Source: Eledone cirrhosa
Taxonomy: Eukaryota
Reading direction: 5' to 3'
Length of the DNA: 64,000 bases
Assembly: GCA_964016885.1 (NCBI GenBank)
Contig: OZ024740.1
Span: 273,730,001-273,794,000, forward strand
The notes beneath the pieces are model-generated. The model was not told where the DNA came from and did no database searches. It was given only the letters and a program-made list of their open reading frames with translations. This document shows positions 1 through 14,199 of this stretch, one piece after another (the stretch's first letter is position 1; each line of letters opens with the position of its first letter). The position numbers and the translations under genes were made by a program.

Positions 1-157
1 ACGGCCCTTTACGATCTGAGTTCAAATCCCGCCGAGGTTAACTTTACCTTTCATCTTTACGGGGTAGATAAAATAAAGCACCAGTAACATACTTGGGTTG
101 ATTTAATGGACTTTCCACTCCCCCAAATTTACTAGCCTTGTGCCTATACTAGAAATC
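1..157 (+). mobile_element. tRNA-derived SINE family A, partial copy
   Basis: B-box-like GAGTTCAAATCC, then the conserved body GAGGTTAACTTT-CCTTTCATC-TTACGGGG-GATAAAATAAAG-ACCAGT and tail GCCTTGTGCC...TAGAAA, as in >10 other copies in the window. Confidence 0.85.
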
Positions 158-210
158 ATATATATATATATACACATATTTATGTATATATATATATATA
201 TATGAAGGAA

Positions 211-640
211 CGATCGACTTTCGTCAAATCGGACCGAGGGAATAATGTTTCCGTTGGTCTTTCCAATTGCTAATACTATCTATCGGTCGCAACTCCAGGT
301 AGAAGGAGCAACGTAAAATAAAGTGTCTTGCTCAAGGACATAACGCATCGCCAGGCTCCAGGAATCGAACTCACAACCTTACGATTGCGAATCCAATTCT
401 CTAACCACTCAGCCACACGCCTATATATATATATATCGATCAACTTTCGTCAAATCGGACCGAGGAAACAATGTTTCCGTTGGTCTTTCCAGTTGCTAAT
501 ACTATCTATCGGTCGCAACTCCAGGTAGAAGGAGCAACGTGAAATAAAGTGTCTTGCTCAAGGACATAACGCATCGCCCGGTCCAGGAATCGAACTCACA
601 ACCTCAAGATTGTGAATCAAATTCTCTAACCACTCAGCCA
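211..640 (-). mobile_element. Two tandem copies of tRNA-derived SINE family B
   Basis: ~211-420 and ~437-640 are near-identical. Minus strand has A box (TGGCTGAGTGG), B box (GTTCGATTCC) and GTCCTTGAGCAAGACACTT; the copies are separated by (TA)n. Confidence 0.85.
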
Positions 641-1680
641 CATATACATATATATATGTGTGTGTGTGTATATGTGTGTGTGTGTATGTGTGTGTATGTG
701 TGTGTGTTTGAATGCTGTTTATAATCTTGAAGATGTTCACTATAGTAGTGTATCATATTACGAGAATAATCGAGTTTAATGTGTTTTGTTGATCATTAAC
801 TTTGAAATAATAATATGACGACCAATAAACGTACCCTTGCCAACAGGGAGATTAGTTTTGCAGAAACCTCTCTGAAGATCATTAAGTATGTATATGAAAT
901 AATTGCATTTGGAAATTACATTTTTCCTAGGTTCTTTTTCTTTTTCTTCTTTGTGAGTGTGCGCGCGGGTGTGTGTGTGTGTTGTGCTTGTGTGTGTGTG
1001 TGTGTACGTGTGTATGTGTGTATGTGTGTGTGTGTGTTCTGTATGGACATTAGTAACTGAAAAGTATAAATATGGTAGACTTCTCAAAACATATATTCTT
1101 CAAAATGAAAATTTCTACTAAATTATTACAAACTATTATCATTACATAAAATTAAATTAATAAAACTTAAAAAAGAAAAATATTTTAAATTGGATTAGAC
1201 TTTTTAGTAGATATTTTTTCATATTTTCAAAGGATTTATATTTTTCTTTAAATAATAAAATATTCACTTTCTAATATGTCACATCATTCCTATATCTGTT
1301 GAAATTAAAAGAGTGAAGTTAGAAGGTAGTCAAGAATTATACATCGAATAATTAAAACAATAGGAGTTTTAAAAATATAATTAATTTATGAAAAAGTAAA
1401 AGTTCAAATCTGACGCATATTTTTTCAGTTTCATTTGTGAAGAAAATAATTAAAACAAAAGTACAACTAAAACACATTTTCATAGCTGTGAACACTAGTT
1501 ATGTTTTTCATAATACAATGAAAGAATTAAAAACAAAAAGAACAATCAAATCAAATAAGGTCAATGGGGCACTTTTATTTGTATTTATAATTTAATACAT
1601 ATAGACTGGGGAAAATATGTTGGACTAGAATATTATATTTAAAATGTTGATCATATGCATGTGTAGTAGGAAGGTAATAT

Positions 1681-1736
<56 letters not shown>
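1681..1736. repeat. (GAT)n microsatellite
   Basis: Read directly. Confidence 0.95.
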
Positions 1737-1737
<1 letters not shown>

Positions 1738-2999
1738 GAGGGAGATGGGTATGTATGAGTTTAATGTTTATGAGCAAGATAGTTTAAACTAAGAACAATA
1801 GAGAGAAAATGATTTGTTTCTTTACTTTCTAAGGGGGTCTGAGTGAATGTGTTTTTGTGTATGTGGGTGTATAAATTTAAGTGATGAGACGGAATATCTA
1901 TGATTTTACTTCCATTATTACATGGTGTAATTAAATCTATCTTTATTATATGGTCTATGAAAAGCAGTGCAGCTTGTAAGGATAGCCATGTCAAGGTAGC
2001 GGATAGAACGACTGTTACTATTCAATCCCGTCTTTGTTTGTCAAGTATGGTTATATTTGTGAGAGATTTGGTAGGTATTTCTTGCAGGTCAGTGAAGATG
2101 ACCCATTATTGACTTCTGCCAAAGACGTAGGTGATCAAATGTAGAAAACAGAGGTATTTAGTCAAGATGCAGAGATGTTGTTGTAGATACGAATGTTAGT
2201 AATATTTATGTCGAAGTAAGGGTTCCGATTTGGAATACAGTCTTGTACCATGCACACATCTAGGAATATGTCATATGAAAATGATCAGATATCACATCAA
2301 TTAACACATAATGAGGATAAGAATATGGTATTGCATATGGTACATATCTAAATATGACTATGACAGTCTGATGAATTATAACAGGAAATAGTTCATCTCA
2401 GATAATACATTTAGAAATTCCCTTTTATGATTCACAACGTATTGCGATTTAGGATATAAAACATGTGGTTCATAATGTTTTAGAATATAGCACATGAGAG
2501 ATACAGTTTTTGTTGTCCTAGGATTTAGGATGTAAATACGTTAATATCTTAAGATTTATTGCATAATTAATATCTTAAGATTTATTGCATAAAACATGAT
2601 TGATAGGTCTTATGATTTGAGAAATACAACACGAGGCTCGTGCTATCTGATGTTATAAAATATCATTTTGATAACGTTGTTATAAGGGCACACTAGAATA
2701 TATTTAATTGTTGCAGAAGAGTAATACAATAAACTTTATTTTGTTAGCATTTTAAATAAACAGTAAATCAGAAAAAAACAAACATTATATGCTGGAATTG
2801 TGTTGTTTGAAATGATAACTCATTGTAATATACTTCTTTTAGATTAGATATCTTTACAAAATTTACAGATTTCTCTGTTGGAATCATAGTTATTCTTCTA
2901 AGAAAACTTATTTTGTTGTATATATTAAATTATACATGTTTCCGATTTTGCATATATTTGATTGAACATATTAAAAAGAAGTTAACATGCATTAACAAC

Positions 3000-3480
3000 C
3001 AGACATGGAAAGGAACTATTGGAAGGAATGTTAATCCCGATCAAAATACGAATGGAGAGGCCTTACTAGACTTCTCTTGACAATGGACTATTTCTTATGT
3101 ACAGATTATTCCAGCACAGATACATCCATAAATATACATGGTATGAGGGGAATCAGGAACAGAGATTAATAATTGAATTTGGTATTGTCTCTGATCTCTT
3201 AGATTTTCTGCTGGACGTTCGTGTTAAGAGAAGGACTGAGCTGTCAATTGCTAACCATTTAATTATCTGCAGCATGAGACTAACTAAAGACAAGGAGGCC
3301 CACAAAACCAGCAGGTCCAGGTGACCTACAGGATAAAATGGGAAGCAATGATGGATAAGAAGTCAGGACCATGTATGCAGACATTATTGTATCCAAGTTA
3401 AAATAACTGCCTGAGCAAACTGAGGACGTTGAAACTGAGTGGAGATTGTTCAGCGCAACAGGTTCTGCTTCAGCTCTTAC
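3000..3480 (+). pseudogene. Decayed APE-endonuclease fragment of a non-LTR retrotransposon (RTE-like)
   Basis: Across frames: NGEALLDF...FQHRYIHKYTWY...QRLIIEFGIVS.L...LLDVRVKR.TELS.ANHL, matching the C-terminal motifs of LINE APE domains; stops and frameshifts present. Confidence 0.7.
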
Positions 3481-3561
3481 ATGCTGCGGGTTGAGACCAT
3501 TGCTTCTGATAGGATCTGTTGAAAGTAGTGTTTGAGGACTCTGGCCCTATGACACTCTCAG

Positions 3562-3646
3562 GAAGAAGAAGAAGAAGAAGAAGAAGAAGAAGAAGAAGAA
3601 GAAGAAGAAGAAGAAGAAGAAGAAGAAGAAGAAGAAGAAGAAGAAG

Positions 3647-3680
<34 letters not shown>
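3562..3680. repeat. Compound (GAA)n(CAA)n microsatellite
   Basis: Read directly. Confidence 0.95.
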
Positions 3681-3836
3681 CCAATAACATGTGACTTCTT
3701 AATCATTTTGATAACGTTTTTATCTGAATACACTCTACGATCTACTTGGTGAAGAAGAGCCGGCCAAGAAACACGATTATTATAAACTCTTTTCTTTGAA
3801 AGCTTACTCCGAAGTAATATTATGATTAGTACTTGG

Positions 3837-4023
3837 GGGTGGATTGGCAGTATCGGTAGAGGATCGGACGCCATGCTTTGACGCATAGAGTTACGGCCCT
3901 TGACATTCTGAGTTCAAATCCCGCCAAGGTTAACTTTGCCTTTCATCCTTACGGGGTCGATAAAATAAAGTACCAGTAATGTACTGGGTAATTGCTGGCC
4001 TTGTGCCAATTGTAGAAACAATT
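3837..4023 (+). mobile_element. SINE family A, full-length copy
   Basis: A box TGGCAGTATCGG, B box GAGTTCAAATCC, conserved body GCCTTTCATCCTTACGGGGTCGATAAAATAAAGTACCAG, tail GTAGAAACAATT. Confidence 0.9.
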
Positions 4024-4544
4024 ATGATTAGTACTTAACCAAATAATTCATTGCTAAAGCATTTATTTCCAGTTTTTGTGAGGAAACTAAAGTTGTTTTT
4101 AAATAAAAAAACTTAACTAGCTCTATATTTAGGTAATGTGTTAAATCATACACGTTTTAACTGTTTTGCGTTCATTTCATTGTAATATGTAAGAACACTA
4201 CCAAAAACGTTTTAAAACATGAAGTGAAATGACTTTCAATTCAGAAATGACAAAGAAAAACCGAACCACATTTCCTTAAATCATACAAGTTGATACTTCC
4301 TCCACTATCACTCTGTTTTTGTTCCATTTCTGTGATTCTACTTCTCCATGTTTTATCCCTCTTTTAATAAAATCCTTCTAGTTGGTTTTAGTTTTTCGTG
4401 TTTTTTCCCTTCATTTAGTCTACCTCCATAACCTTGCGAAAGGCATATGACCGCAATAGTTGTTTTATTAAAGATATGTCAGTAAGACCAAAGTTTGTTT
4501 TGAATTATCTACCTTCCTTGTCAAAATAATAGATTCTGATGCAG

Positions 4545-4740
4545 CCACAAGGCCAACAATATTGGGGTAATGGAGGGGAAGGTGATTAAGTCAGTCCCAG
4601 CACGTTAGTGGTTATCGACCCCGTAAATGTGAAAGGCAAAGCTAACCCCGGCGTGATTTGAAATCAGAACATCATCGGCCAAAACAGGATGCCGCGAAGC
4701 ATAGTGTTACGACGCTCTAACGATACTGCCAATCCACTGC
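4545..4740 (-). mobile_element. SINE family A, diverged copy
   Basis: Reverse complement of the family A motifs (TATCGACCCCG..GAAAGGCAAAG; GATACTGCCAATCC). Confidence 0.75.
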
Positions 4741-6696
4741 CCTCGTTAAATATTATATAAATAATATTAGTTATTCCTCTAAATATAGTTGATTATGTTA
4801 TCTTTAAATAGTTAATTGATCCACTACATACCATACCTCTGAAATGCATTATTCTTCAGGTGAATGCAAGCTCTCAGTTATCTATACTGAATACCAAAAT
4901 GTGACGAAGATGGTTAGAGATAATTTTGGTGTTATTTATGACATATCTTAAAGAGAGTAGGGTACATGTTTTACTGAGCTCTATTTTACCAAATATTTTC
5001 AATCTTAAAAGTTATTATGTTATCGAAGGGCCTGTTAGTTGAAACAGGCAAGTGAAACACATTTCTATATTATTGAATGATGAAAGCCGCATGTAATTAC
5101 TTTTAGAATCAGGAAGTAAGATTGAATAAGGATATGATAGTTGTTGTTTTATGGTGGTGGTGGTGGTGGTGGTGGTGATGGTGGTGGTGGTTTTCGGATT
5201 GTAAGAAGAATCATGTTAATCATTGTGATGATTAAGTGATAGGTGTTGATGAATTCTGTGATGATGATGATTTTGATGATGATAAGGAGGTGAAGGAGAG
5301 GAGGTATTGGTGGCGGTGGAAGAGAAGGGGCGATGGATTAGGTTGAAGATTTGTGTTGATAGATAAAGTAATAAACTAGAGAGCCAAAGCAATATAATTT
5401 GAGTATTGTTTTTTACTTAATTTTCTTAAAGTTACTTGTAACATCAATATTATCTACCTATCGTATACACATAAGTATATGTATATATATATATATATAT
5501 TGTACGTACACACACAAATATATATATATATATATTGTATACATACACACACACAAACTTATATATGTGTGTGTATATGTGTGTGTGTGTGTATGTGTTG
5601 TGCACTCGCATAGATACACGTAGGTGCAGTCTCCGCTGAATGTTTGGATGAAACAATTTTATACAGTTTTCAGCTTGTTGTCATTGCTGTTGCTAATTTT
5701 TATGTTACCTTATTTTCATTGTTTTTAGGTGTTTCCCACCCCATTACTATTAATTTCTATCGTTCCTTTTGTTGTAGTTTTTTTACCAAATTACATCTGG
5801 ATTTTCTATATAGGCTTTTGACAAGACTCAATTTACTTGTTAATATGATACCTTCAACCACCGACCATCCACCTGAAAAGGCAAACACAATCGACCCTTC
5901 CCTACACCAAAACACAAATAACAACAGCAATAAACAAAAAAAAATTTAACTATTAGTTCATTCATTATATTACTGTAATTTAAAACATCATCTAGAATTA
6001 CGGATATTACAGTTGCTATTGTTTTTGTTGTCGTTGTTGATGTTATCATTGTTCTAGTTGTTGCTCATGTTGGTCATACAGAACCTACACAGTTTGCTCT
6101 CATATATAATATTATTGCTATTGCTTATTACTCTTGCTCCTACACCTCCTTTTCCGTGGTCTGAAATTATTTTTGGAAAAAGGTTATCGTAATGTTGCTG
6201 ATGATGACACTTACAGTGGAGCTGCTGAAGTTGGCGGAAAGACGGATTTTACTGTTTTCTTTATAACTTTTTGCCTGATTCCTACAACATAAGCAATTAA
6301 TTCAATCTTAATTAATTTTATTTCAATAACGAACACAGCGTCCATGCTCTAGCACCCTTCTTTCCCCCGAACAAATCATTTCTGTTTCATGAGCTGTCTT
6401 ATTATTATAGAAATTGGAGAAAAATTTTCAATGTATCTTTGCAAGCGCCGCCCTTACCATTTCTACCACAACTATCGACACAATTACCAATACAATGATT
6501 ACAACCACAACCACTAGCAATAGCACTAGCACTAACTCTACCAAAGTACCCCCTACCTCCACTCATTCAAATGGGCAAATCTTTATGTTTTTGGCTTCTT
6601 TTGTTATTGATGTTGCTGTTGTAGTTGCTTCTTTAGTTTATGTCTTCATCCCTTAATTTATATTGTTTCCTCCTTTTCACTTTACTATTCACACTC

Positions 6697-6815
6697 ACAC
6701 ACACATATATATATATATATAGATATATATATATGTGTGTGTGTCTATATATGCATATATATATATGTATATATATTTATATATATATATGTATATATAT
6801 GTATATATATATATA

Positions 6816-6875
<60 letters not shown>

Positions 6876-7183
6876 TGTGTGTGTGTATATATATGTATAT
6901 ATATATGTATATATATATATATATATATATCTGTGTGTGTATATATTTATATATGTATATATATATATATATGTATACATATGTATATATATGTGTATAT
7001 ATACATATATATACATATATATACATATATATACATATATATATACATATATATACATATATATATACATATATATACATAGATATATACATATATATAT
7101 ACATATATATACCTATATATACATATAAATATATATATATATGTATATATATGTATATATATGTGTGTGTATACATATATATA

Positions 7184-7235
<52 letters not shown>

Positions 7236-7259
7236 TATATATATATGCATATATATATA

Positions 7260-7324
<65 letters not shown>

Positions 7325-7510
7325 GTATATATATAGATGTGTGTATATACTTTATATATATGCATAGATATTTACTATATATGCAATAGATAGCTACATA
7401 CATACAAACACACATACATACACACATACATACACACATACATATATACATACATACATACATACATACATACATACATACATACATACATACATACATA
7501 CATACATACA
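6697..7510. repeat. Long compound (TA)n/(TATG)n/(CATA)n microsatellite field
   Basis: Read directly; source of the many YIYI ORFs. Confidence 0.95.
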
Positions 7511-7961
7511 TACATACATACACACATATATGTATTTTTTTCCTTTACTTACTTCTTTACATTGTTCAGCTATGATATCCTGCTAATTTTCCAAACTGTT
7601 CCTATGGTTTTCATTAGCTGAAGCATGTAAAGGTGTGCACCAGTAACTGTTGTTTACATTACCATTTGCTAAATTTACCCACTAATCATGTCCTCAGCAA
7701 TACCGGCACCTCTGTTTGAATTTTATGCATTTTCGTTTGGTTTTGTATTATTTTTGTACATATATTTTTTTCTCACTTCACGTCATAGTAGATGTACATC
7801 AATACATCTATCCATTTATATATGTATGTCTTTATATACGTATGTCTTTATGTATGTATGCATTTATGCAGGTATGTATGTATATATGTATTTATATATA
7901 TATGTATATATGCAAGTATATATGTATTTATGTATATATGTATATATATATGTATGATTGT

Positions 7962-10900
7962 TATCTCTTTCTCTTAATTTCGAGTATATGTTTTTGCCCG
8001 GCCACCTTCCTGGTGGCAAGGTTGTAAAAGAAAAGAAATTGTATCCCTTCAATTGCAAAAATGTTTTGCAAATTTTGAAGGTGCCAGCTATCGCAGCCAT
8101 TTGTAGACTATGTATTAGGGTGCTGCGCTCTTTGTCCGCAAATCCAAGTTCAGTCATACCTTGGTCCAAGGGGGTTGGTATATAACCCGTAGCTCCAATA
8201 ATGATGGGTATGAAGCTAAAGGTGTATCTTGGATACTGGATTGTAAACTCCTCATCAATGGTCCGTAGATGTCCTCCTTCTCCTGTATTTTTCTGACAAC
8301 GTTTACATCAAGTGGGCAGCTGATCTCCACAACATAACACGTTTTCAATCTCTGGTCCCAAACAACAATATCAGGCAGGTTGTGCTTTAATCTGGTGGCA
8401 GTTTTTATTTTCAGTTTCCACCAGTATTGCTTAGTGCCATCTGTCTCAATATATTCTTCCTCGTTTGTTGTTAATGTTGTTTTCCGAAGTGCATTCCAGA
8501 TGGTTCTAGCTATCCCATCGTGTCTCATGGGAGGTAGTAGCGAGATGACATTCTTTCGCAGGTGGCAACAATGAGGCTTACATCCTCGATCATGTTTTAG
8601 ATAGCCTACACTTATTGTCAGCTGATGGCCCTCCCATTTTGTGCAGCATATATTTGGTAGGGAGTTCTTGTTCCTGTATTGCATAGAGATATCCCTCAAG
8701 GTGTGATGTCATAAACTTGTCGGAACTCTATGCCAGGCTTTTTGACTAGTTTATTCCCTCTATGGTCTGTGTTTTACGTCTCAAGTATCTATGCACAACT
8801 TTTTCTGTAAATTGGTCAATTTTTTTTATCTTAATTGAACATTGAATAGGATCTTCAGATTTCTCTGGGTAAGAGATTTATATCAGGCTTTATTCCATAT
8901 CTCTCCTCCAGATCAGTGGCTATTCTAATGATTTTTTTTCATGCTCATAAACCTGGGCAAGATGGTTGCCAACCTTTTTCCTCTGTTGAAGATGTTGCTT
9001 CAGGTCTCATATGATGTTAATATGGATTTTAGACCGGCCACCTTCCTTGCGTGAGAAGTATAGCCTATCCACATCACCATTGATGTTAAAGTTCCCAGTA
9101 ACACTGAGAGGTTTGCGAGTTCTAACATCCATCTCACTTAGTTCTTGCAATGACCAGTTCAGCAGGCCAAATGTTGGTGTTAGAATTGGCACAGCATAAG
9201 TATTGTGGGCAATGTATTTGTTGTACTCTGACAGTTCTGATGACCATATTTTCTTTACTCTTCTGAGGTATTCAGTTCTGGTTCTCTCCTTATTTATGGG
9301 TCCATCATATCTGACATTCTCATCCTGTCCAAGATGTATGTAGTTGTCACCTGACTGTAGAGGTTGTATTGTCAGGCCGTTCATCTCTATATTTCTAGAG
9401 GAGGGTACAGCTCTTCCACGTTTTACTGCCAAATATGCACACTTGGACTCACCAAATTTCATTTTGATGTCGGTTGAAAATTGTGTAATGAGGTCCAATT
9501 GTTTCTTGATGCCATTGATATTTGGCCCATACAACTTCAGGTCATCAACAAAGAAAAGACCCACTTCTTTGTCCACCTTGTTTCCTGATTAGGTAAGATA
9601 GTGGATTTAGTGAAAGAACGAAGAGTAACACTGACAAGCTATCACCCTGAAATATGCCCTTCTGGAAATTTATCTTATCAGTCTTAACTTGCTCCTTCTC
9701 ACCTCTAAGTATCAAATTGATGTACCAGTTCTTGGTCAGACGTTCAACAGCAGCTACCAGTGGTTGTGGGACTTTGGCTAACTGTAAAGCGTTAACAATC
9801 CACCCCTGAGGTACACTATCAAATGCTTTTTGATAGTCCAGCCACACCACAGTCATGTTTCTGTGATTCTTTGTTGTTTTTTCTTGAATCATTTTATTAG
9901 TTAGTAGGTGATCTATGCAACCCCACACCTCCCTCTTTCCACCAGCTTGCTCAGGTGTTATGATGTTCTTGGTAGCACAGTGATCCTGTAAGAACAGATT
10001 AAGGCACCCAGTATAAAATGTATACATAATGTTTTGGCAGGCTATTGGGCGGTAATTTTTAGCAAGGGTGGTTTGGATATTTTTGAGAATGAGGAGTGTA
10101 GTGGCAGTTGATAACCATCTGGGCAGTTCTTGTGTGCTTTTAATGGTTTCTGTAAACAGCCGTATGAGATCCTGCCGATAGAAAGTGGAATTCTTCAACC
10201 AGTATCCTGTAATGAGGTCTGGACCTGGTGATTTCCTATTCGACATTGTCTGTAGAGCTGTTTCCAGTATTGACCCATCTATGTCATATTGTTTTGTCTG
10301 GAGATTTTGGCAGTAGTCCTGTTCCAGTTCCTTTAGCCAATCAGTTTGTCTGTTGAATCCGCCATCCGTTTCCCCTACAGATCTCCAGTAGCTCTCAACC
10401 TGTTCTTTTGAAGGGGTGTCATTTACAGAGATTGAGCTTTTGCCACCGAAGCTGCGATAAACTGATTTAGGATCTCTGGCAAACAATCTATTTAGATCTT
10501 GTCGTTTATGTTCTGTTGACTTATATTTTAGTCTTTCTGTTGTAGCTGTGAGTTGTTGTTTCAACTGGTGTAATTTGGAGTTTAAAGTTTTAAATTTTGT
10601 ATCTCCAAATCGACTCTCTAACTTTTTAATAGGTCTTCCTGGTGTCGTGTGAAGTTGCTCTCTATGTTGCATTTCATAACGACTACGATGTGTGAGATAC
10701 TTCGTCTCAGGGACAAAATTTTGCTTTTTAAATTTCGCATCCACGCTAGTTCAGGCTTTTTGTTTGTATCTTGATTGCGTGGTTTTAGATGTTTGTTATA
10801 TGATAGGAATGTGACAACTGAAACATATAACAGAATGTTAAGCGTTTCAAATGTCGTTTCTACACCTTTAGATCGTATAGCCTTCAGATAATTGTCAGCT

Positions 10901-12104
10901 ATTTCGTTCACCGATACCAATTCCAATTTAGTGGGTTCTTTACTGATTCTGGTGTTGTATGGTCTGTCACTCACATTAAGGCTGTGCATCTCTTGAAACA
11001 TATCGTCCCATATCACTTGTAAGGTGTCCACAAGTTTTTGGTGTTCTGTTTGTACAGTAGAGTCATGAATTTCAGCCTCGTTATTGATGTGGTGACAATT
11101 ACTATTAGAGTTAGTTGACCATTCTCGCTGTTCTTCAGTGGAAGTGGGATGGATTTCAGCAAAATTGTTGGTGAGCAGTTCACTGTTAGATTTAGCTGGC
11201 CATTCTCTTTGTCTGTCAGTGGAGGTGGGGTGGTTGTCGACAAGGGCTGTATTTGTAGTATCACTCAATTCCGTCAGATGTATCAATTTACATCTAATGA
11301 TACGTTTTGCCTGTTCATTTAAATGCTTTGGAGAAAAGTCTAATTCTGGGTGTTTGGAGTTCCATAAAGTTTTTAGCCTTTGCATAAAACCGGACTTTTG
11401 GCGTTCAGATTGTTTGTATGCTTCATATAATTCTTTGTTAAGCTCGTAGCCCCACTGTATACAACGGTTTTAGTTGCGATTTGGTCGAAGGAGACTTGTA
11501 CGTTTTGCCATGATGAGTTCGTCTATTCACTAATATTTTGTATTTATTTTTCAAAATAGTCGATGATCTTCTTTAAAAGTTCGACAAAATTCTGTCAAAA
11601 TCAAATTTAAAGTTATTCACAGCTTGGGTAATATTTCTTTTCATTTAGTTTTTAATTCTACAACTGTGTTTTAAACGTTGTTCTTGAATCGTTTGAATCG
11701 GGAACAAAAAAAAACGTTTCTTAGTATATTTCTTTATGAATGTAATATAATATAATAACGCTGTATTTATATGTTAAAGTTTATGTATCATTCATATAAA
11801 TAGGTGTTCTCACAACATTATCACATTTCAAATACTTATGTTTTGGTTTCTGAATCGAAAACGTTACTTGCATATTTCTTTACAAATGTAATATAACAAC
11901 GTTGCATTTATATGTTAAAGTGTATGTATCGTTCATATAAATAGGTGTTTTAAAACACACTTACAGTTCAAACACTTATGTAGAATTATTGTATGTAATC
12001 TTACCGCGTAATGTAGCTCAACTTTTTCCAATATATGGTATGTTGCCTTCATGTAAGCCGTAATTACACACGTCCGATTATCGGATACTGACCACAATGG
12101 TCGC
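7962..12104 (-). mobile_element. Near full-length RLE-type non-LTR retrotransposon (R4/Dong-like), frameshifted
   Basis: One ORF broken into pieces, ~11511 to ~8050. It has an N-terminal W..E.N..L...Y...GF..RL..LW...HP motif; RT motifs KSPGPD, NYRPIAC, WLDYQKAFDSV, GIFQGDSLS, FVDDLK; and a C-terminal RHD...PDIVVWD...VVEISCP...K...Y restriction-like endonuclease. Both ends are flanked by GATTGT inside a (TATG)n tract. Confidence 0.92.
9545..10744 (-). pseudogene. Reverse transcriptase N-terminal part of the LINE (ORF fragment)
   Basis: NYRPIAC, PEQAG, WLDYQKAFDSV, GIFQGDSLSVLLF; continues after a frameshift into 9576-9007 (FVDDLKLY). Confidence 0.92.
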
Positions 12105-12527
12105 GATTGTATGTATGTGCTTATGTATGTATGTATTTATTTATGTATGTAAGTATGTATGTATTCATGTATGTATGCATATATGTATGCATATATGTAT
12201 GTATATTTTATGTATGTATGTATGTTTATATGTATGTATATATCTAAGCTGTTGTATTTCGAATCAACATTGGCGTAACTTTTCTATTGTTACAATCCAG
12301 AAATCTGGGCTATGTTGTTTCTTTTACTTCGTTCTACTTTCACCCTCAGCTTCATTTATTATCACCATTATCATCATCATTATATTCGTTGTATTTTCAA
12401 AAATGTCCTCTTCCCCATTTTTCTTCCTATTTTCTTTTTTCCATTTTGGTTAATATTTTCTTCTTTGTCTATCATTTATTATTGACATTTTCATTTGTTT
12501 ATTTATAAAATTTTTTATGTCATTTAC

Positions 12528-12573
12528 TGGTGTATATTTTATTTGCCGGATGAGGCAAATAAAATATACACCA
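12528..12573. repeat. Perfect 20-bp-arm inverted repeat, loop GGATGA
   Basis: TGGTGTATATTTTATTTGCC / GGCAAATAAAATATACACCA. Confidence 0.9.
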
Positions 12574-13437
12574 TATTACAGATTTTTCATTCGCGGTTAT
12601 AAAATTTTGAAAGTATCATTTTTATTTTTTTACACTCTCATAATGATTTCAGTTGGTTAATTTTTAACATCTTTGTAGCTGCAGTTATTGTTATTATGGT
12701 GATCCTTATTTTGCTGTTCTTTTCATTGCCATCATTATCATGCTCTCCATGGTTTCGTCATCATTATAATCATCATAAGCAACGTCATCATCGTCAGTTT
12801 TGACGTTTTGTTTACATTATTAATGTACCTATAATAATAATAATTATTATTATTATCTACACTAATAAGAATTGCTATAACATCAAGAAAAGCTACTGCT
12901 ATTAGTTAAACTAAAGTTACTATTGAAAATATTGTCATTTCTACCTGTTGTTTTCCTTGATATTACTGGGAATTAGAACCCTGCACCATACATTTATTAA
13001 GAATCATTTGGTATGTTATAGAAAAACGGTGATCATAGAGGTAGTTATGGCGATGATGGTGGTTCTTCTGCTGTTCAGAGGTGGTGGTGGTGGTTGTAGT
13101 GGTAATAGTAGTTGTTGGGCTGCTTGTGGATTGATGAGTGTGGACAAACATCTATTTTCGGAGCTCTGTATGTTCGATGTCAAACTTGTACTCATGCCTC
13201 AAGTCCTGGAATATTTCATTTATATATATTTTTCTTTATTGATTAAATGTATTTCTTTTCAGATATTTTTTTCCGTTCCGTCTTTCTTTTCCTTACAAAT
13301 TTTTAGTGTCACTACTTTTCTTTTCTGTTGATTTTTCTTTCTCTTAATTTTGACACAATCCAAGCTAGCTAACTGCTAAATGGTTTGTTATTTGATGCTA
13401 TTCCTGGTTACACAACCACCGAAGAATAATCTTTTAC

Positions 13438-13594
<157 letters not shown>

Positions 13595-13640
13595 AGTGTG
13601 TGTGTGTGTGTGTAGATACTCATCTACATAGTATATACCT

Positions 13641-13800
13641 CGGCATGTGTGTTTGTAGTTGGTTAGAGTATTCGATTTGCAACCCCGCGGTACTGGGTTC
13701 AGTCCACTGGGCAGCCCCTAAGGCAATATTCTTTTTCTATAGCCTCAGGTTGACCAGTGCCTTGTGAATTGAAATTCGTAGATGGGCACTACAGAAAAAC
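13641..13800 (+). mobile_element. Diverged tRNA-derived SINE (third family)
   Basis: A-box-like TAGTTGGTTAG, B-box-like GGTTCAGTCC, body TTCTATAGCCTCAGG-TGACC-GTGCCTTGTGA. Confidence 0.6.
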
Positions 13801-13806
13801 ATCTCA

Positions 13807-13900
<94 letters not shown>

Positions 13901-13914
13901 CAGACATGTACATG

Positions 13915-13988
<74 letters not shown>

Positions 13989-14145
13989 AAATTATTATCA
14001 TTATTATTGTTACAAAATAGATTGCCTGATGGTCTTGTGAACTTCATTCACAAACAATAATAACAGAATTGACATCTACATTCCACTTTCCTAGTAATAT
14101 CTCATTTGCACATATACAACCACACAACCACATCCGAACGCATGC

Positions 14146-14199
<54 letters not shown>

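Noticed and set aside
3837-4023. tRNA genes at SINE heads
   Set aside because: A/B boxes are present but there is no full cloverleaf, and each continues into a repeated SINE body.
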